Source: Penicillus capitatus
Taxonomy: Eukaryota; Plantae; Chlorophyta
Assembly (NCBI GenBank): GCA_965649825.1
Contig: OZ287695.1
Location: forward strand, 2,159,288-2,223,287
Length of the DNA stretch: 64,000 nt
Direction of reading: 5' to 3'
Position numbers and translations under genes: made by a program. Positions 59,576 to 64,000 of the stretch are shown piece by piece. The notes beneath the pieces were generated by a model. That model saw only the letters and a list, made by a program, of their open reading frames with translations. It did not search any database and was not told where the DNA came from. The number at the start of each line of letters is the position of its first letter. Positions within the stretch are counted from its first letter, which is position 1.

Positions 59576-60575
59576 GGATGTATGCGCCGCACAGACGGAT
59601 GGATAATCGATTTTGAGTTTTTGAAATTCTTTGTTACCTGGAAAGATTGAATGATGTTGACTGCCTGTTCGGATGTCACACAGATGCGAGAGATGTTACT
59701 CTTCAGCAATGCCATCTCTGCCAGCAACATCTCTCCTGTTTTCCACACATGAAAACCCTTTGGGTGCGATGCCAACATCCAAGGCGCTGTTTGAAACGCG
59801 TCGTCAGTCAGACTCATAATCCTTTCAAGGGCTTCGTCGAGATTCTCTTGTGTAACCTTAGTTTCCCCATCATGGGGGGACATCTCTTGAATACGACGCG
59901 CATTGGACTCGGCATCAAGTCCTTTTTGACAGGCAAGGTATTCCTCATACTCCTGGTGAAACCACAGAAGACTCCGTGCATTATTCGAATCCAGGAAGCG
60001 GGACGCCTTATGTCGTTTCTCTCTGTAGCCTTCGACATTGGCAATGGTCTGGTCGAGTCGGGATTGAGTGTCTACGTCAAGTACCGTCTCCGATGCGTCG
60101 TCCTCGAGTGCCATGGTCATTTGAGCCATCAAGGACGTCGGCGACATTGGCTTCTGCTTGTCAGATGCGCAGTGGATGCACACATCTGGACGGCAACGTC
60201 GATGTGTGGTACAACATCTCCCATACGCTGTCCCTTCTTTCCCACATTTCTAACCAACCACCGCATCTCCGACGTCCGAGAGAAAAGCTGGCACACCAGA
60301 AGAGCGTTCCGCAGTAGAGCAGCTTTACGCGCTCCTTCTTTTCCCAGTCTCTGTTGGTGCGCAACCGTTTGAATATGCCTAACGGTAACATCAACAACAC
60401 ATAAACCAACAGGGTTCACGCAGTCGACTTTAGCGAGAAAGGAGACGCCAGATCCTGCCATGCAAACGAGTGCCGGCACACTCATGACTCTCTCGGAAAT
60501 GCGTTGCAGGTCCTTCTGTCCTTCACTGAACTTCGCACGTTCCATCGTGTCGGTTAGAAACATTCGGCCAGACAT
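59572..60575 (-). CDS. Hypothetical spliced protein with a Cys/His cluster followed by a helical region
   Basis: ORF 60129-60581 splices (CTG|gtgtgc..ggttag|AAA) into ORF 59572-60183, giving [49 protein letters not shown]. Confidence 0.55.
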
Positions 60576-60758
60576 GTCCACGACTCTCAGTGAAGTTCAC
60601 AGTACGTTGCCAAAACCGAGGTGACTCAGCTGTCTGTTGGGATGATGATTTTTGCTTTTCTCATCTCACTCCTGCAGGTGTCGCCCAAAAATTCAAGGCG
60701 ACAAACACCTCACTTCTTGCAATTTCTTCCGGTTCTTCCTTTTCATGGTTAGCCAGAC

Positions 60759-62359
60759 ATGATTCGGAGACACGTGTTCTTGCTCATACTATTTGGATGC
60801 TTCATTGGATGGCTCTTTCTTGCAGTGCCGGGATACTGTGGTGCGTCCTGATACCTGTTTAGTCTGGAAGATACTGACCGATTCTCCCTTTCTCTTCAGT
60901 AGATTTGTCTGCGAACGCTCGGGGTAGGGATACGGTGCGGACTCTGTTAGAACGGCATTCCAACCGCTCTCTGCGGCAAAGTCCTCAGTCCATCGTCATC
61001 ACCTCTGTAAGTCCAACGCTTCTTTTGCCACGTTTCTTCGTTTGGAACGGCATCGCTGCCGACAGCTCCACATCTGTGTTTTTATCATTTTTACGTAAGA
61101 GTGACCATTTGTGCTGGACAGGGCCTTTCTGAAAATGACATTGTCAGCAAGAACGATTTTCCGATCAACTTTCGTGTCCCAGAAGACAAAGACACAGAAT
61201 GCCTTCTGCAACAAAAAACCCAAACCGTGAAAGACTGGTTCCGTTGCACATCACCCCTTGACTTGAATGACGAGATTCAAGAAGAGGGTCAATATACATT
61301 ACGCATACGCGTGCGATGCCTTCCCTCTGCCAAGATACGATTCAAATAGTGTGACTGCAGATTTTGAGTGATCCAGCGACAGCCGAGCAGTCCGAAGCAG
61401 TGGTCACTTTCTATATGGATCTAACAGAGCCCGACACGAATATCACAGACTGGAGTTACAATCCCGAAGATCCACAGGATTACAACTTCGAATTTGTTGG
61501 GATGGGTGACGACATTGCTTCGTTCGAATGTGACCTCGACTACTCTGAAGAATGGGAAAGGTGTCAGAGCCCAAAGAAATACATTGTATGCATCGATATC
61601 TCTTCCTTTGCTGACAGTGTGTTTGTTTCCCAGAGCTTGGCATACGGGTTACATGCGTTTAGAGTGAGGGCAGTAGATTCTGCAGGAAACTGGGATTCGA
61701 CTCCGGCGGAAGCGGAGTTCGTGATCGCGAAGCCTTTTTCGCCTTCTCCTTCTGTTTCTGCCAGACCGCGACCGCCAAAACCGAAAGAGTCGCCCAGAAA
61801 AGAGAGTGGCAAAGATGATGGAGAAAGAGAACTGCCAGTTTCATCGCACCCGCCTCGACGTCCATCTCGAGAGCGGCGCCCTCCTCCAGCATCTCCCGAG
61901 TCTCCATCGCCGTCACTGCAGCCATCTCCAGAAACTCGAGTAAATATTATTCCTCCAGAAAAGTCCGTTGCTCCGAGTCCCGAAGCGTCGCATTCGCCTT
62001 CTCCGAGCTTCAAGGTGGTTCATTCTCCTCATCCTTCGCCTGCAAAGAAGGAAATCACGATGCCGGCGAGTTTATCCCCGGAACTGGATGAGAACTCCGT
62101 GCCAGCTCCCGATGAAAAGCATGTCAACATGTCAGATGCGCCAACGGAAGACACTGGGGAGCGAAAAGGCGGCATTCAACAGTTCACCTCCGATTCATCG
62201 GCAGAGCTGATCATAATTTGTACCGTCGTTGTTGTTGCGATCTTAGCGATTGGTATTGTCGTGCTTTGTCGTTCCAAAGGAAAGGAAGGATCCTTTTGCA
62301 ATTTCCAAATCCAATGCTGCTGTCCAAGCACGACAGGAGTCAATCTGGGCAGAGATTGA
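60759..62359 (+). CDS. Type I surface protein: signal peptide, two bacterial-style Ig/FnIII-like domains, Pro/Ser-rich stalk, TM helix, Cys-rich tail
   Basis: MIRRHVFLLILFGCFIGWLFLAVPGYC; FECDLDYSEEWERCQSPKKY|SLAYGLHAFRVRAVDSAGNWDSTPA; PS-rich stalk; TM LIIICTVVVVAILAIGIVVL; tail QCCCP. Confidence 0.8.
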
Positions 62360-62777
62360 TGGAATGTGTATTCTTAAGTGTTCTCAACTTCCGATGGATC
62401 TGTTTGTGGTGACACGGAAGATAGAGTTAATTGGATCAAGAAGACGCCTGCAAAAATCCTCGTCCATATCCCTGTTATAGACGGCTCGATTTCATAGCTG
62501 CTTGTGCAATCCCTTATTCGGGTGGTTTGGTGATGGATGCCGGCACAATGATCAGACAAGAGTGAGAGGGGCAGTTGCTGGCACCAGATCTGCTTTACAT
62601 TCATACCGCCGTAGATACCCAGCACGGCCGCCGTACTCGCTGTGACATCTCAGTTCCCTGTCTTAGGAGATCGAATGACGTATGAGGAGAATGTAATTAC
62701 ACATAAATAGAGAATTCACTCGCAAACGAGTGTTCAATCTCTTGCCGTCTTCATGACAATCAGACACATACATCTTC

Positions 62778-63384
62778 TCATTTCTTCTTTCTTGAAGAGG
62801 CAAGAATCTTTGTGACAGCTGAGACGCCTTCTTTGAGCGCCCACGTTCCAACAGGCACTGCCATTTTGGCTGCCTCTTGACCTGGAGATCAAAACACAAC
62901 TGACTCTGCTATGTTTGATCGATGCTGATCTTTGACCGGCTTTGAGAGTGACTTTTGCAGCTGTGCGTACACTGGCAGCTGTGCCTTTTCCGATGGGACT
63001 GTTCGAGATTCTCCATAGTGTTTCGGTCGCTGCATTTGGGTTCTTTTCCATATCATTTAACATCTGATCCGTCGTAGTTAACATCCAATCCACAGGATTC
63101 TCTTCGAAGTTCTTGACGCCAATGTCCTCTTCCTCAGCTTCATTCTGCTCTGTCTCTTTCCTCTCGATCGAATCTGACAACTACAGGGCCACAGATGAAC
63201 TTCACGATTTACTGATGGAAATGAACGGGAGACCAGATTCTCTTCCTCGAGTTGCAGGAAGTAAGCAGGGGAGTGCACGACGGGAACGGCAGTTGGCTCG
63301 ACGGCAGACTTGCGCGTCGGCGGGATATCCACGATAACAAAAGGACCCGATGCTTCAGGCGCTGCACGGCGACATCTTTTCATC
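62778..63384 (-). CDS. Small conserved-looking algal protein of unknown function; start uncertain
   Basis: FEENPVDWML..ATETLWRISNSPIGKGTAASVRTAAKVTLKAG|QEAAKMAVPVGTWALKEGVSAVTKILASSRKKK*, joined via a GT-AG intron. Confidence 0.6.
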
Positions 63385-63550
63385 GATTCGGGCAATAGAT
63401 TAACGTCGGAACGCACTTGCCTGAGAACGGACGATCATGCGACGCCGAAAGGGAGCGGATAGCCGCACCGCTGTTCTCCCCGAAGCAAGCAGCATGGCGA
63501 ATGGCACCTCACAAGTCCGTCAATCCATCTTCGCCATCAAATGGCATCCA

Positions 63551-64000
63551 TTAATTCGATGGTTGTTTTTCAAGCAACTGATTCAGCAGTCCATCGCAAG
63601 CATCGGTCAAGAGGTCGAGCACGATATCAAAGCCTTTCTCGCCTCCATAATATGGATCTGGCACTTCGCCGCGCGACCGAGACTTGGGATCTGAGCAGTA
63701 GTCACTCATCAGGACGATCTTGTCCATGGCTTCCATCAGAGAAGCATCCTTCTCTGACCAGTGGCGAATGGCTGTTCGCATTTCACCGACATTATTGGAA
63801 TCCATCGCCACAAAGAGATCAAAGGTTTTCAGATCAGAAGGGTTCAGTGGACGTGAGCGTGATGTCAGATGAATCCCTCTTTGACTTGCTAAGCAGCAGA
63901 GAATGCGATAGAGATGATCATTGAGTTCTTATCGGTAACCTGCTCGTTGCATACGCCCGTCTGCTGGATCGCCTTCGTGATAGGACCAACCGTCTGCAGT
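63551..64000 (-). CDS. Low-molecular-weight protein tyrosine phosphatase, 5'-partial (continues beyond the window)
   Basis: YHEGDPADGRMQRAA|SQRGIHLTSRSRPLNPSDLKTFDLFVAMDSNN..EVPDPYYGGEKGFDIVLDLLTDACDGLL (DPYY acid loop). The P-loop lies outside the window. Confidence 0.93.

Noticed and set aside
1-64000. tRNA, rRNA, snoRNA genes, CRISPR arrays or repeated introner-type introns
   Set aside because: None recognised on reading; intron sequences are mutually dissimilar. A covariance-model scan would be needed to exclude small RNAs.

Overview
This is eukaryotic nuclear DNA from a very gene-dense green alga (chlorophyte). It uses the standard genetic code, has short GT-AG introns of roughly 45-130 nt and intergenic spacers often under 100 bp. 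Placement among ulvophyte/siphonous algae is only an inference. About 25 intact-looking spliced genes can be reconstructed. Core genes include PUR-alpha, G3BP-like, V-ATPase c'', MnmG, a double-AP2 (WRI1/ANT-like) factor, delta-tubulin, AsnRS, MINDY4, COX5B, a GRIP golgin, an ABCG transporter, ENH1-like rubredoxin and a partial LMW-PTP. Two accessory patches (about 29-35 kb and 51-54.8 kb) carry pseudogene fragments (Tic110 C-terminus, PMP-repeat protein) and two inverted copies of a ~0.55-0.7 kb repeat bracketing a ~20 kb block. The most notable items are: (1) a ~1,290-aa NACHT/STAND NLR-like gene lying head-to-head with an intact type II metacaspase, a candidate sensor-protease death module; (2) a bacterial-type PEPC that keeps its metal, PEP and inhibitor residues but has lost bicarbonate-handling motifs, a candidate pseudo- or neo-enzyme; (3) a truncated Nup205-like paralog; (4) a likely pTAC6/PAP8 homolog; (5) candidate bicistronic gene pairs and overlapping stop codons. 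All family assignments come from recognising motifs by eye; no database search was run. No rRNA, tRNA or CRISPR array was seen.
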